This document shows positions 26,941 through 36,131 of a DNA stretch of 47,712 nucleotides, piece after piece. The position numbers and the translations under genes were made by a program. This DNA is from Planctomycetota bacterium (GTDB lineage Bacteria; Planctomycetota; GCA-002687715; CAIWVZ01), in NCBI GenBank assembly GCA_044222185.1, contig JBGANV010000015.1, forward strand, positions 1-47,712, read 5' to 3'. The notes under the pieces were generated by a model. That model was not told where the DNA came from, did no database searches, and was given only the letters and a program-made list of their open reading frames with translations. How positions within the stretch are numbered: the first letter of the stretch is position 1; each line of letters starts with the position of its first letter.

Positions 26941-29748
26941 ATGGTCGACGACTCTGCAAACGCACTCGTCCTGCTCAACGCGTTTCTCAGGCGCTACGTG
27001 GAGGACCGAAATGACGGGGCGACACGCAGCCTTGGCGAGTATCTGAGAATGTTCCCAGGCGCCGAGCACGACATCGCGCAGGCGTTCGTCGAACTGGAGC
27101 GAAACGCGGCCGAAGGCGCCGAACGCGAGCGTGATCGTCGCGTCGGCCATTACGTCCTCGAGGCGGAGATCGGTCGCGGGGCGCAGGGCATCGTGTACCG
27201 GGCCCAGGACACGATCCTCGGGCGGTGCGTTGCGCTGAAGGTGATGCGTCGGACCCCGGCAGCCCCGGACGACACGTTCCGGAGATTCCGGCGCGAGTGG
27301 GAAGCGGTGGCCCGGCTCGATCATCCAGGGCTCTGCGGCGTGTTCGAAGCGGGGGAGGTGAGCGACGTCGCATTCGTCGCGATGCGCCTCGTGGAGGGCG
27401 CGACTCTCGCGAAGGTCCTCGATCTCGCTCGTTCGCTCGCCGCTTCTGGCAACGTCGATGCGATGGATGGCGCAATGCCAGAATCGCTTTGCGCGCTGAG
27501 TGCCGAGATCGCCGATCCCAAGACGCGAATCCAGGCATCGATCGGACTTCTGGAGCCGATCGGCCGAGCCATCCACGCAGCGCACTCCGCCGGTGTCGTC
27601 CACCGTGACCTGAAGCCCCAGAACATCGTCATCGATCTGGCGCGGCGGCCCGTGGTCACCGACTTCGGGCTCGCCCTCGTGCGGGATGCTGCAAGCGGTT
27701 CGGTCACCGGCTCCGGCGACGTTCTCGGAACACCCGCCTACATGGCTCCGGAGCAGGTGAAAGCCGTCGGTGCTGACGTGGGCGCGTCGACTGACGTCTG
27801 GGCCCTCGGTGTCATCCTGTACGAGTGCCTGACGCTCGCGAGACCGTTCGGAGGCCCCACCCGCGAGTCGCTTCTACGCGCGATCGCCGAAAACGAGCCG
27901 GCGCCCATCCGGATCCGACTGCCGGCGGCCACGAAGGATGTCGCCGCGGTCGTGTCGGTCGCGTTGTCGAAGGATGTCGGGCGTCGTTACGCGAGCGCCG
28001 AGGCGTTCGCGGACGACCTCGCCGCATTGGGCCGCGGGGCACCCGTCCGCGCACGGCAGCTGTCTCACGCAGAGCGCGTCGTGCGATGGGCGAGGCGCAA
28101 GCCGGCAACCGCAAGCATCGTTGGCGTCGCCCTGTTGAGCGCGTGCGTCGCCATCGCTTCGGTCGTGTCGGCGGCCGCTGAGGCTCAACGGCATCGCTCG
28201 GAGTTGGCAGTCGCAGCGGCGAGAACCGATGCAGCACTCGACCGGTCGAAACTGCAGGAGCTGGTTCGCGAGATCGACTACTTCGTGATCCGCAACGAGG
28301 AGGTCCCGCTCTTCGCGGAGTGGTTGCGGGCCGCCGACGCGTTGATCGCTCGGATCCCGGACATCGAGCGGACCATGTTCGAGGTTCGTCGCGCCGCGCT
28401 GATGAGCAACGGTGCTTCTGGGAGTCCGCGCTATGGATATGAACAGGTGGATCTCAATGATCTTCGCCGTCAGCTCCGCGATCTTGAGGCCGCCGCTGAA
28501 TCGCGTGGGAGTTTCGACACCCGTCCCAAGACGATCGAGCCAGACTGGGCCCATCTCGACGAACAGATCCGCGGAAAGCGCGCCGACATCGCCGAACGCG
28601 AGCGAGTGCTCGGTCAGGTCGCAACGTTCGCCTTTACGTCGACGACGGAACAGTGGCATCACGCCGAGTTGCAGAGCCTCGTGCTCGACCTGCACAACTT
28701 CGCGGGCAACGAGCCGGGCCGTCCCACGCGCGCTCGTGTTGCACGCTGGGCCGCGCTCGCCGCATCGGTCCGGGAGCGCTCGATCGATGCACACCGAGAC
28801 GAATGGACGCGCGTGGCGCGGCTCGTCGACGCATGGGCCCGACCTGGCGGTGACCGCGCGGCCTTCGAACCGATCGAGGGCCTCGTGCCCCTGGGGCCGG
28901 ACCCGGACTCCGGACTCGAGGAGTTCGCGCACCTGTGCACTGGCGACGTCCCGCGACGCGATCCACGAACGGGGCGACTCGATCTGACGGACCGCTCAGG
29001 GATCATCATGGTCCTGATTCCACCGCAGCGTTTCGTCATGGGGCCGCCCCCGGACGAACCGGCGCATCCGCACATGCGTGCCGTCGAGATCGAACTCGAT
29101 GCATTCCTGATGGGGAAGTTCGAGGTGAGCCAGTCGCAGTGGGAGGCGATCGCCTTCGACCTGTGCGCCGAGAACTACATCGGCACGCCGCGGCTCGGCG
29201 GTGGGAACATCACGGGCCGCCACCCAATCGAGATGGTCGATTGGGTGGGAGCGAAGACCTGGCTTCGTCATGTCGGCCTCGAACTGCCGACCGAGGCGCA
29301 ATGGGAGTGCGCCTGTCGCGCAACCAGTCGCAGCCGATGGGCGTTCGGCGATCGGGTCACGGAGTTGCCGCAGTACGGGAACGTGGCCGATCAAACCGCC
29401 GCGACGCTTCAGCAACCCGAGAATCTCAGCCAGGCGGACCCGACGATCGACGACAAACATGCGGGCCACGCTCCCGTCGGGATGTTCTTGCCGAACCGTT
29501 TCGGTCTCCACGACATGCACGGGAACGTCCAGGAATGGTGCGCCGAGTTCTACACGAGCCAGGAGCAGATCGCGTTGCCTGGCGACGGTTATCGCGAACC
29601 CGGCGCATCCGCGCTGGTGATCTGTCGCGGGGGCTCATTCCTCACGCTTCCGAATGTCGCGCAGTCCCATGCCCGCAATCCCGTACGCCCGGACCTCCCG
29701 CGCAAGGACGTTGGATTTCGAGCGGCGATGCGGCTTCCGTGGCGGTGA
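26941..29748 (+). CDS. Hanks-type Ser/Thr kinase with TM helix and C-terminal FGE-sulfatase (SUMF1-like) domain
   Basis: Planctomycete-type N-terminus (SLGEYLRMFPG). Kinase motifs IGRGAQGIVY, HRDLKPQNI, DFGLA, GTPAYMAPEQ, DVWALG. TM ASIVGVALLSACVAIASVV. FGE motifs FEVSQSQW, LPTEAQWECACRA, PNRFGLHDMHGNVQEWC, RGGSF, GFR. Confidence 0.95.
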   Translation: MVDDSANALVLLNAFLRRYVEDRNDGATRSLGEYLRMFPGAEHDIAQAFVELERNAAEGAERERDRRVGHYVLEAEIGRGAQGIVYRAQDTILGRCVALKVMRRTPAAPDDTFRRFRREWEAVARLDHPGLCGVFEAGEVSDVAFVAMRLVEGATLAKVLDLARSLAASGNVDAMDGAMPESLCALSAEIADPKTRIQASIGLLEPIGRAIHAAHSAGVVHRDLKPQNIVIDLARRPVVTDFGLALVRDAASGSVTGSGDVLGTPAYMAPEQVKAVGADVGASTDVWALGVILYECLTLARPFGGPTRESLLRAIAENEPAPIRIRLPAATKDVAAVVSVALSKDVGRRYASAEAFADDLAALGRGAPVRARQLSHAERVVRWARRKPATASIVGVALLSACVAIASVVSAAAEAQRHRSELAVAAARTDAALDRSKLQELVREIDYFVIRNEEVPLFAEWLRAADALIARIPDIERTMFEVRRAALMSNGASGSPRYGYEQVDLNDLRRQLRDLEAAAESRGSFDTRPKTIEPDWAHLDEQIRGKRADIAERERVLGQVATFAFTSTTEQWHHAELQSLVLDLHNFAGNEPGRPTRARVARWAALAASVRERSIDAHRDEWTRVARLVDAWARPGGDRAAFEPIEGLVPLGPDPDSGLEEFAHLCTGDVPRRDPRTGRLDLTDRSGIIMVLIPPQRFVMGPPPDEPAHPHMRAVEIELDAFLMGKFEVSQSQWEAIAFDLCAENYIGTPRLGGGNITGRHPIEMVDWVGAKTWLRHVGLELPTEAQWECACRATSRSRWAFGDRVTELPQYGNVADQTAATLQQPENLSQADPTIDDKHAGHAPVGMFLPNRFGLHDMHGNVQEWCAEFYTSQEQIALPGDGYREPGASALVICRGGSFLTLPNVAQSHARNPVRPDLPRKDVGFRAAMRLPWR

Positions 29749-30014
29749 GCGCGCCGCACGGTCCGCGCACGTTTCCCGTTTTCGTGTCTCGCAGGCGGTC
29801 ACGCGACATTGCCGTTTCGAGCCCAGTGTCCGACCGCGATTCGATCGAGCGCCCTGAACCCGCGTGACGCGGGGTCGCGGGCGCGTTCCTCGCTCGCGTC
29901 GGGCCCGTGTCGTTCGAACACGACATCGGGCTGTCGTTGAAGCGGCAGTCGAGCCTGTGACGGCACGTCACCTCGCACGCCACACGACGGTGAGTTGGCA
30001 AAAGGAGAGCGACG

Positions 30015-32252
30015 ATGGAACCGTGCGTGAAGAACGTCTCTGCATCTTCCGGTACCGAGTCTTCGGCGGTCCGTTGGATCCGCTTCGGCGTATTCCTCGC
30101 GGCCGTGACGCTCCCGCTCGCCGGGCAGACGTTCCCAATCAGTGTCGATGCGTCGGCACTCTCGGCACCAGACGTCAACTTGTCGACGTACGGGACCATT
30201 CCGCCGGCGACGGTCGTCACGACGTCGCTCGCTGCGGGAACCTACACGCTGTCGCACATCTCGTTTCCAGGTCGGGCGCAAGTGACGTTCTCCGTCACGG
30301 CGGGCGGAACGGTGAGTTATGACGCAGCGCTCGAGGGGATTCTGACTGGTGCCGGGAGCGCGTCTCTCGTCGCGCACGGAGCCACGATCGCGATCGACGG
30401 GTCGGCGCTCTCCGTCTACGACGCGACCCTCTATTACACGGGGATCAGCCTTCACGCGCCGGTGACGCTCCACCTGCTTCCGGGTGGCTACACGATCCAG
30501 CACGTGTCGTTCCCGAGTTATGCGTCGATCGGCTTTTCGATCACGGCGAGCGGGACCGTGAGCTACGACCCGATCTCCGAAGGGATGCTCACCGGGGCGG
30601 GGACGACGGCACTCGTTGCGCACGGAGCCACGATCGCGATCGACGCGTCGGCGCTTTCCGTCTACGACGCGAACCTCTACTACACGGGGATCAGCCTGCA
30701 CTCGGCAGCGACGCTCCACCTGCTTCCTGGCGGCTACACGATCCAGCACGTGTCGTTCCCGAGTTATGCGTCGATCGGCTTCTCGGTCACGCCAAGCGGG
30801 ACCGTGAGCTACGACCCGATCTCCGAAGGGATGCTCACCGGGGCGGGGACGACGGCACTCACCGCCATCGGAGCGCAGATCGCGCTCGACGCGTCCCTCC
30901 TTTCTCCGGTCGACGTGAATCTCGCCTACACCGGCATCAGCCTCGAAGCGCCGGCAACCCTCAACCTGCTTCCTGGCCCATACACCATCGGCTACGTCTC
31001 GTCGCCCACCAACATCGGCGTTGGGTTCACCATCGGCGCGACGGGAACGCTGAACTACGACCCTGCACTCGAAGGCGTCATGACAGGCAGCGGGTCGACC
31101 GTGCTCGGCGTCCCCGGCGCCGCCATCAAGATCGCCATGGGTTCCTTGGGATCCGTCGTTCAGCTCAACTACGTCGGGCTTTATCCCGCGTGCAGCACCC
31201 TCCATCTCCTGCCTGGGGTGCATTCCATCCCGGCAGGCGCGTTCTCGGTCCTCGCCGCGGGGATGATCGACTTCTCTCCGATCCTCGACCCCGTCATGAG
31301 CGGACGTGGAACGTCGACGCTCAGTCTGATTCAGCCGTCCGGGCATCCAGCGGACTGCTCGAATCCACCGACGGCCGTCGCGGGGCCGGACCAGCAACTC
31401 CATGCGGGCACAGTCGTCCACCTCGACGGTCGCGCTTCGTTCGATGACGACACGGCGACGGTAAACCTCGGGTTTTCGTGGACCTTCGTCGCGCGCCCAG
31501 TCGGGAGCACGGCCGTGATCGTCGACCCGACCTCGCCGACGCCGACGTTCACAGCGGACCTGTCCGGCGAGTACATCGTGAGCCTCGTCGTGACTGATAC
31601 CGGCGCTTGGACCAGCGCGCCGGACACAGTCAGCATCTCGTCGGAGAACAGCCCTCCGACGGCGATCGCTGGACCGGACTTGCCGTCAGCCCCCAGCTTC
31701 ACGGTCGTGCTGGATGGGTCTGCAAGCACCGATCCTGACATGGACCCGCTCACATATTCGTGGACGCTGCTCGAGCGGCCCGTGGGAAGTACGGCGAACA
31801 TTCAAACTTCCGGGCCATCGGTCCCGACTGCCACGCTGGTGACGGACCTGCCGGGGGTTTATCGCGTCGGTCTGATCGCCAATGACGGCTTCAGCAACTC
31901 GGTGATGGACGAGGTCATCATCACCGCCGCGGCGCCGACAGACTTCGCCCAGATCATGCTCGCGGCCGCGCAGGCTGCCGTGAACAATCTCCAAAACTCC
32001 GAGGTCGACAAACGCGGCAACCGTGACCGCCTCGCCAGGATGATCGCGGACGCCATCGTGGACATTCAGTCGCTCAAGCTTGCTCAGGCGAAGAGGACCA
32101 TCGACGACGCGTTGCTGCGCGTCGATGGGTGTGCACTTCGTGGGACCCCGGACACCGCCGCCGGACCGGATCGCGATTGGGTCGTCACCTGCGGGGCGCA
32201 AGCGACGATCTATCCCAAGCTTCTTGCGGCTCGCCAAGCGCTTGGCCCCTGA
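30015..32252 (+). CDS. Secreted protein with five 82-aa repeats, two PKD/K319-like domains and a helical C-terminal domain
   Basis: SD AAGGAG; signal ends LAG|Q. PKD-like motifs AVAGPDQ....V.LDG..S.D.D...L..SW...RP.GSTA occur twice. Helical tail ..LLRVDGCALRG.PD....DWV..C.AQ. Confidence 0.9.
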   Translation: MEPCVKNVSASSGTESSAVRWIRFGVFLAAVTLPLAGQTFPISVDASALSAPDVNLSTYGTIPPATVVTTSLAAGTYTLSHISFPGRAQVTFSVTAGGTVSYDAALEGILTGAGSASLVAHGATIAIDGSALSVYDATLYYTGISLHAPVTLHLLPGGYTIQHVSFPSYASIGFSITASGTVSYDPISEGMLTGAGTTALVAHGATIAIDASALSVYDANLYYTGISLHSAATLHLLPGGYTIQHVSFPSYASIGFSVTPSGTVSYDPISEGMLTGAGTTALTAIGAQIALDASLLSPVDVNLAYTGISLEAPATLNLLPGPYTIGYVSSPTNIGVGFTIGATGTLNYDPALEGVMTGSGSTVLGVPGAAIKIAMGSLGSVVQLNYVGLYPACSTLHLLPGVHSIPAGAFSVLAAGMIDFSPILDPVMSGRGTSTLSLIQPSGHPADCSNPPTAVAGPDQQLHAGTVVHLDGRASFDDDTATVNLGFSWTFVARPVGSTAVIVDPTSPTPTFTADLSGEYIVSLVVTDTGAWTSAPDTVSISSENSPPTAIAGPDLPSAPSFTVVLDGSASTDPDMDPLTYSWTLLERPVGSTANIQTSGPSVPTATLVTDLPGVYRVGLIANDGFSNSVMDEVIITAAAPTDFAQIMLAAAQAAVNNLQNSEVDKRGNRDRLARMIADAIVDIQSLKLAQAKRTIDDALLRVDGCALRGTPDTAAGPDRDWVVTCGAQATIYPKLLAARQALGP
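30126..31330 (+). repeat. Tandem 246-bp (82-aa) repeat array, five units
   Basis: Units start at 30378, 30624, 30870 and 31116 (exact 246-bp period), with a diverged first unit from 30126. Units 2 and 3 are nearly identical in DNA, including an identical block at about 30550-30614 and 30796-30860. Confidence 0.9.
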
Positions 32253-32602
32253 CCGCGCGTGGCGGCGACCCTCGAAGCGAATTGGTCGTCTGGACGCGCG
32301 ACGGCGGGCCGAGCGTGGAGGTCGGCGGATGGCACACCCACGAAGCGGTGTGGCGCGCGGGCGTTGCGGTTTGGAAACGTCGCGAGTCGTTCCTCGACGT
32401 GATTGAAGGCACACTCGCTGGCCGATTCGCTGCGCGCGCCGACATCGGCGGCAGCGCGGATGGCTCGACCACCATCCTCGATCGGTCGCAGGAGGACGCG
32501 CTGATCGCTGATCTCACGAGTGAGTGCTTTCCCGGTCGCGTGTGCCTGCGCTCGTGGAGCGGAGCGCTCGACCCAGAGGTCAGCCTCCGAGATCTCGCGT
32601 AG
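32253..32602 (+). pseudogene. 5'-truncated gene remnant
   Basis: Protein-like frame (ELVVWTRDGGPSVEVGGWHTHE...VCLRSWSGALDPEV) ends at TAG 32602 but begins directly after the upstream stop with no SD/ATG. Confidence 0.45.
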
Positions 32603-32724
32603 CCTGATCGAACGCCAGGCGCGAAGGGACCGGGTCGGGCCGCGGGCTCGTCGCGGCCGATCTCCGACGGGCTCGGGGTGATCCCGTCGAACGATCCGCA
32701 TCGAGCGGCAGGCGCCGCCTTCGA

Positions 32725-34362
32725 CTACCTGGCCGGCGTCTGGCCCCCGCTGCTGGCAGGTCGGTCGAGCAGCGATTCGATCATGCGCTGCAGCAGAAGC
32801 TCGTTGTTCGCGTTGGTGCGGAAGTGCTCGTAGACGATGCGACCGTCGCGGTCGATCAGGACGTTCTCGGGGAACCCGCGCACGTTGTAGCCCTCGGCTT
32901 TGCACACCTTGTCGTCGGCGCGCAATGGGATGAACGAGTACTTCGTCCCGCGCATGAACGACTCGACGTACCCGTCCTGCTCCACGAGCCCGTTGATTCC
33001 GAGGTAGACCAGGTCCTTGCCCGCGAACTTCTTCACGACGTTCTCGAAGTTCGGGAACTCGCCGCGGCAGGGGCCGCAACCCGGGAACCAGAACGTGACG
33101 AATACGACCTTGCCGCGCAAAGAGCTCAGCGCGAGCTTGCCGTCGGATCCGTAACGGTCGAGTGCGAACTCGGGCGCCTTGCGCGCGGTCTTGTCGCGCT
33201 GCGCCCACACATCGGCCTCGACGACGCCCGCGTTCTTGCCGAGCTTGTTGCCGTAACCGAGCAATGCCGCGCGCGTCGCATCCTCGGGTTTGGCGGCGAG
33301 CCGCTTGCACAGCGCGTCGTAGGCGCCTTGGACGTCCCCCGAGCCGGCGAGCACTTCGGCTTTCAGCAGGTCGATCATCTCGCAGTTTGACGAGAACCGG
33401 TCGACGGTGAGCTCGGCCGCCTGCTTCTTGGCATCGGCGTGCTTCCCGGCAGCGACCAGCTTCTTCACGTCTACGAGGTTGCGGGCGAGTGCCAGGAGCG
33501 CCGTCCAGGTCTCGCGGTCGTCGCGATCGTCGCTTTGCTGCGCCATCGCACCCGCAAGCACGTTCGCCTTGTCCGGATCGACGCGAAGGTAGACGTCGAA
33601 CAGCAGCTCCATTGCGGACGCCGACCAGCGGAACTTCGCCGGTGGGAAGTCGCGTCGCGCTTGCTCCCAGAACGCGATCTTCTTCACGTCGTCGACCGTA
33701 TGCTCGCCGAGCCAGTAGAGGGCTTGCGCACCGCGATCACTCGTGGGGAAGCTCTTCGCCACGTCGAGGCTCGCCGCGACCCACTTCACGTCGTCGACGC
33801 CGTGCCAGCTGTGTGACCAGTAGAACGCGTAATCGGGGCTCTTGGGATCGGCCTCCATCGCCTTGTGCATGAACTCGCGCGCGCCGGCTCCGTCACCCCA
33901 CCGCTCGGCGTCGATGGAGAGCATCTGCCACACCTTGGCTTGCTTGGGGTCGAGTTCGACGACGCGGAGGAGGTGCTGCTTGGCGCGCGGGTCTTCGTGC
34001 GAGCTGTAATAGGAGCCGAGCCCATACGCCACGCCGACCGAGTTCTTGAAGCGCTGCTGCCACTCTGCGTATTGCGCCTCGATGCGCTTCGCAGCTTCCG
34101 CGGCTTGCTCTGGCGTTCCGCGCCGACCGCCGCTCGAGGCCTTTCGAAACAGATCGTGCGCCTCGAAGTTGTCGGGATCGGTCTCGATCACGTCCTTGGC
34201 GGCGGCAGCGGCGGCTTTCGGGTCGCTTGCGACGAGCTCTTGCGCGCGTGCGAGTGCGGTCTTGCCGGGGTCAGACTTCGCCGTGTCGGTCTGTGCGCAA
34301 ATCAGGACCGTCAGGAGCGTCGCGACGAGTGTGGCGGAGACGAGCGACGTCGGTTGAGGCAT
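32725..34362 (-). CDS. Secreted TPR-repeat protein with C-terminal TlpA/redoxin-family thioredoxin domain
   Basis: SD GAAAGGA; signal ends ICA|Q; helical TPR-like region. Redoxin motifs APEFALD..G..ALSSLRGKVVFVTFWFPGCGPCRGEFP and cis-Pro loop YNVRGFPENVLIDRDGRIV. Confidence 0.92.
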   Translation of the reverse strand: MPQPTSLVSATLVATLLTVLICAQTDTAKSDPGKTALARAQELVASDPKAAAAAAKDVIETDPDNFEAHDLFRKASSGGRRGTPEQAAEAAKRIEAQYAEWQQRFKNSVGVAYGLGSYYSSHEDPRAKQHLLRVVELDPKQAKVWQMLSIDAERWGDGAGAREFMHKAMEADPKSPDYAFYWSHSWHGVDDVKWVAASLDVAKSFPTSDRGAQALYWLGEHTVDDVKKIAFWEQARRDFPPAKFRWSASAMELLFDVYLRVDPDKANVLAGAMAQQSDDRDDRETWTALLALARNLVDVKKLVAAGKHADAKKQAAELTVDRFSSNCEMIDLLKAEVLAGSGDVQGAYDALCKRLAAKPEDATRAALLGYGNKLGKNAGVVEADVWAQRDKTARKAPEFALDRYGSDGKLALSSLRGKVVFVTFWFPGCGPCRGEFPNFENVVKKFAGKDLVYLGINGLVEQDGYVESFMRGTKYSFIPLRADDKVCKAEGYNVRGFPENVLIDRDGRIVYEHFRTNANNELLLQRMIESLLDRPASSGGQTPAR

Positions 34363-34919
34363 TGGAGGTCCTTTCGATGAGGGATCGTCGGTCGAACGGA
34401 GGTGGGAGGGATTCTATTCACGACGGCGTGGTCGCGCGCCGAATCGGACGGCCGGCGTCATCGTTCATGAGCCGTCTCGTGCTCGAGGCTCGCCGCGAAC
34501 GTCGTGCGGGGTCGAAGCGAGATGGCGACCGCACGAACGGCGGCTCCCGGCCTGTGGACACCCGGCGACGTGCGGGCCGCCGCGGATTCGAGGGGAGCTG
34601 GCCCCAGGCGTTCAACTCTGCCGGGGAGCCACAGGTTCGGCCCCGTCCCTTCGGAATGTGAACCCTTGGCAAGCGCGACCGGTCGAGGGACGTCGGACGG
34701 CTCGAGGTCACGCCGGGCTTTCGCGCCGCGCGGGTCCCTCGGGGGCAATGCGTGTACGATCGGAGCGGTCGCGAGAGGATCGGCCGGACGCGCGAAAATC
34801 GTCGCGGGAGTTCGCGGAAGGACTCGCCGTGGCTGCGTGATCGCGTGTCATCGATCGAGACCGGGCTGACGGTACCTCGCTTGCGTGTACACCGCTGGAC
34901 AAGGGTTGGAGCGAGCACC

Positions 34920-35327
34920 ATGTTCCTTGCGCTGAACCTGCTCTGGTTCCTCCCGTTTCTCGTGTGGCGACGATCGAGATGGTCGCGCCACCGATTGCGC
35001 AATGCCGGGATCGCTTTCGGGGCGATCATCGTGCCGGCGTCGGCAGGGCTTTATGGGTTCTACTACGTCGGCCCCTGCATCGCGCCGATCGGTTGCCTCG
35101 GAGGCGCCGTGGTTGCACTACACCTGCTTCCCCTTGGGCCGATCCGCGACTGGATGCAACTTCCAATACCAGCGGACGCCGACCAGGCACTCGTCTACGA
35201 GGGGATCATCGGCAGCGTGTTCTGGTCGATCGCCTACGGACTCCTCGGGTTCATGCTCGATGCCTTGCGCCTGAAGGTTCAGCCGCTCCGACACGAGGGT
35301 GAGGGTCGAGAGGTCGATGCATCCTGA
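34920..35327 (+). CDS. Small membrane protein, hypothetical
   Basis: From ATG 34920, three to four hydrophobic segments; the start is uncertain. Confidence 0.65.
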   Translation: MFLALNLLWFLPFLVWRRSRWSRHRLRNAGIAFGAIIVPASAGLYGFYYVGPCIAPIGCLGGAVVALHLLPLGPIRDWMQLPIPADADQALVYEGIIGSVFWSIAYGLLGFMLDALRLKVQPLRHEGEGREVDAS

Positions 35328-35565
35328 GGAGCCGTGATCGAGGTAATCCTTCGTCCCGGCGGATCGGTTCGTTCCTGCGCAACGGGTCGCGCGCGAGGCG
35401 TGGCTGAGACGCGCGACGGCCGCGGCTCAGACGACGAGGCCGGCGTCGTGGGAGCGCCGCGCCCGTGCGGTCGGTCGAACGCCAGGGTCATTCCCAGGCC
35501 AGTCGATCGACGGCGCGCGCGCTCGGACCGGCAGTCGGACCGTTGGTGGACGGGCGACGATTCCG

Positions 35566-35985
35566 CGCGATCCACTCCAATCAGTCGGACGTCACGAACC
35601 ACGTCCCGCCTCGGAGCGCGAGTCGAAGAGTGAACCGAGATCCACCCAAATTCCCGGAATGGGTGCTCGCGATGACCTCGACCGTCGTCGCGTTGATCTC
35701 GGCGATGTCCAAAACGCCGAACAAGATTCCCGTTCCCTCGCGGAACTCGGAGCCAGGGCGGACCGGAGGTTCATTTCCCACGAAGCGGGCCATGAACGAA
35801 TCCAGAGGATCCACTCCGTCGATCCGGACGAAACACGAACTTCCTGGGCGGCTCTTCTCCGCCGCCGTGTCGAGCCCGCCGTCGAACTGATGCCGGAGCC
35901 CCACCTCGGCCAAGGCAAGATCCCTCGTGCCTGGCAGGCGAACCATGCCGACGGCCGGATGCTCGCCCTGCCGTTCGGCAACCAT
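35566..35985 (-). pseudogene. Hypothetical protein, probably degraded (premature TGA near the C-terminus)
   Basis: The frame reads ...CFVRIDGVDPLDSFMARF...HSGNLGGSRFTLRLALRGGTWFVTSD*LEWIA. Protein-like sequence continues past the TGA at 35581-35583, and the 5' end lacks a convincing start. Confidence 0.5.
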
Positions 35986-36131
35986 CCGCGACGGTGCGTC
36001 GCGAGGCCTGTCGAACGGCTGGCGTCACCATTCGACGCGGTGCCCGGGTAGACTGGCCGCCGCCGTTGCACGATGAGGAGGCGCGGTCGCGATCGGGACA
36101 TCCGCCCAATGACGTGCGGCGCAAGACACTC

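Noticed and set aside
29000-29748. Diversity-generating retroelement target (FGE-sulfatase/CLec fold)
   Set aside because: No reverse transcriptase and no template-repeat copy of the 3' end was found in the window. A trans-acting DGR elsewhere cannot be excluded.
4445-29810. CGCGACAT as a shared ECF -35 motif (4445, 5039, 12579, 24183, 29803)
   Set aside because: No consistent -10 element at fixed spacing. The reverse complement also occurs inside coding regions (11458, 16684, 29654), and CGCGA is very common in this DNA.
30378-31115. CRISPR array
   Set aside because: The 246-bp in-frame coding repeats have no spacers; no short repeat-spacer array or cas gene was seen anywhere in the window.
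34540-34760. Structured ncRNA (complementary GGCTCCCGG/CCGGGGAGCC and CCTGTGG/CCACAGG segments)
   Set aside because: The pairings are short, overlap on one side and match no RNA family I recognise; compatible with chance at this GC content.
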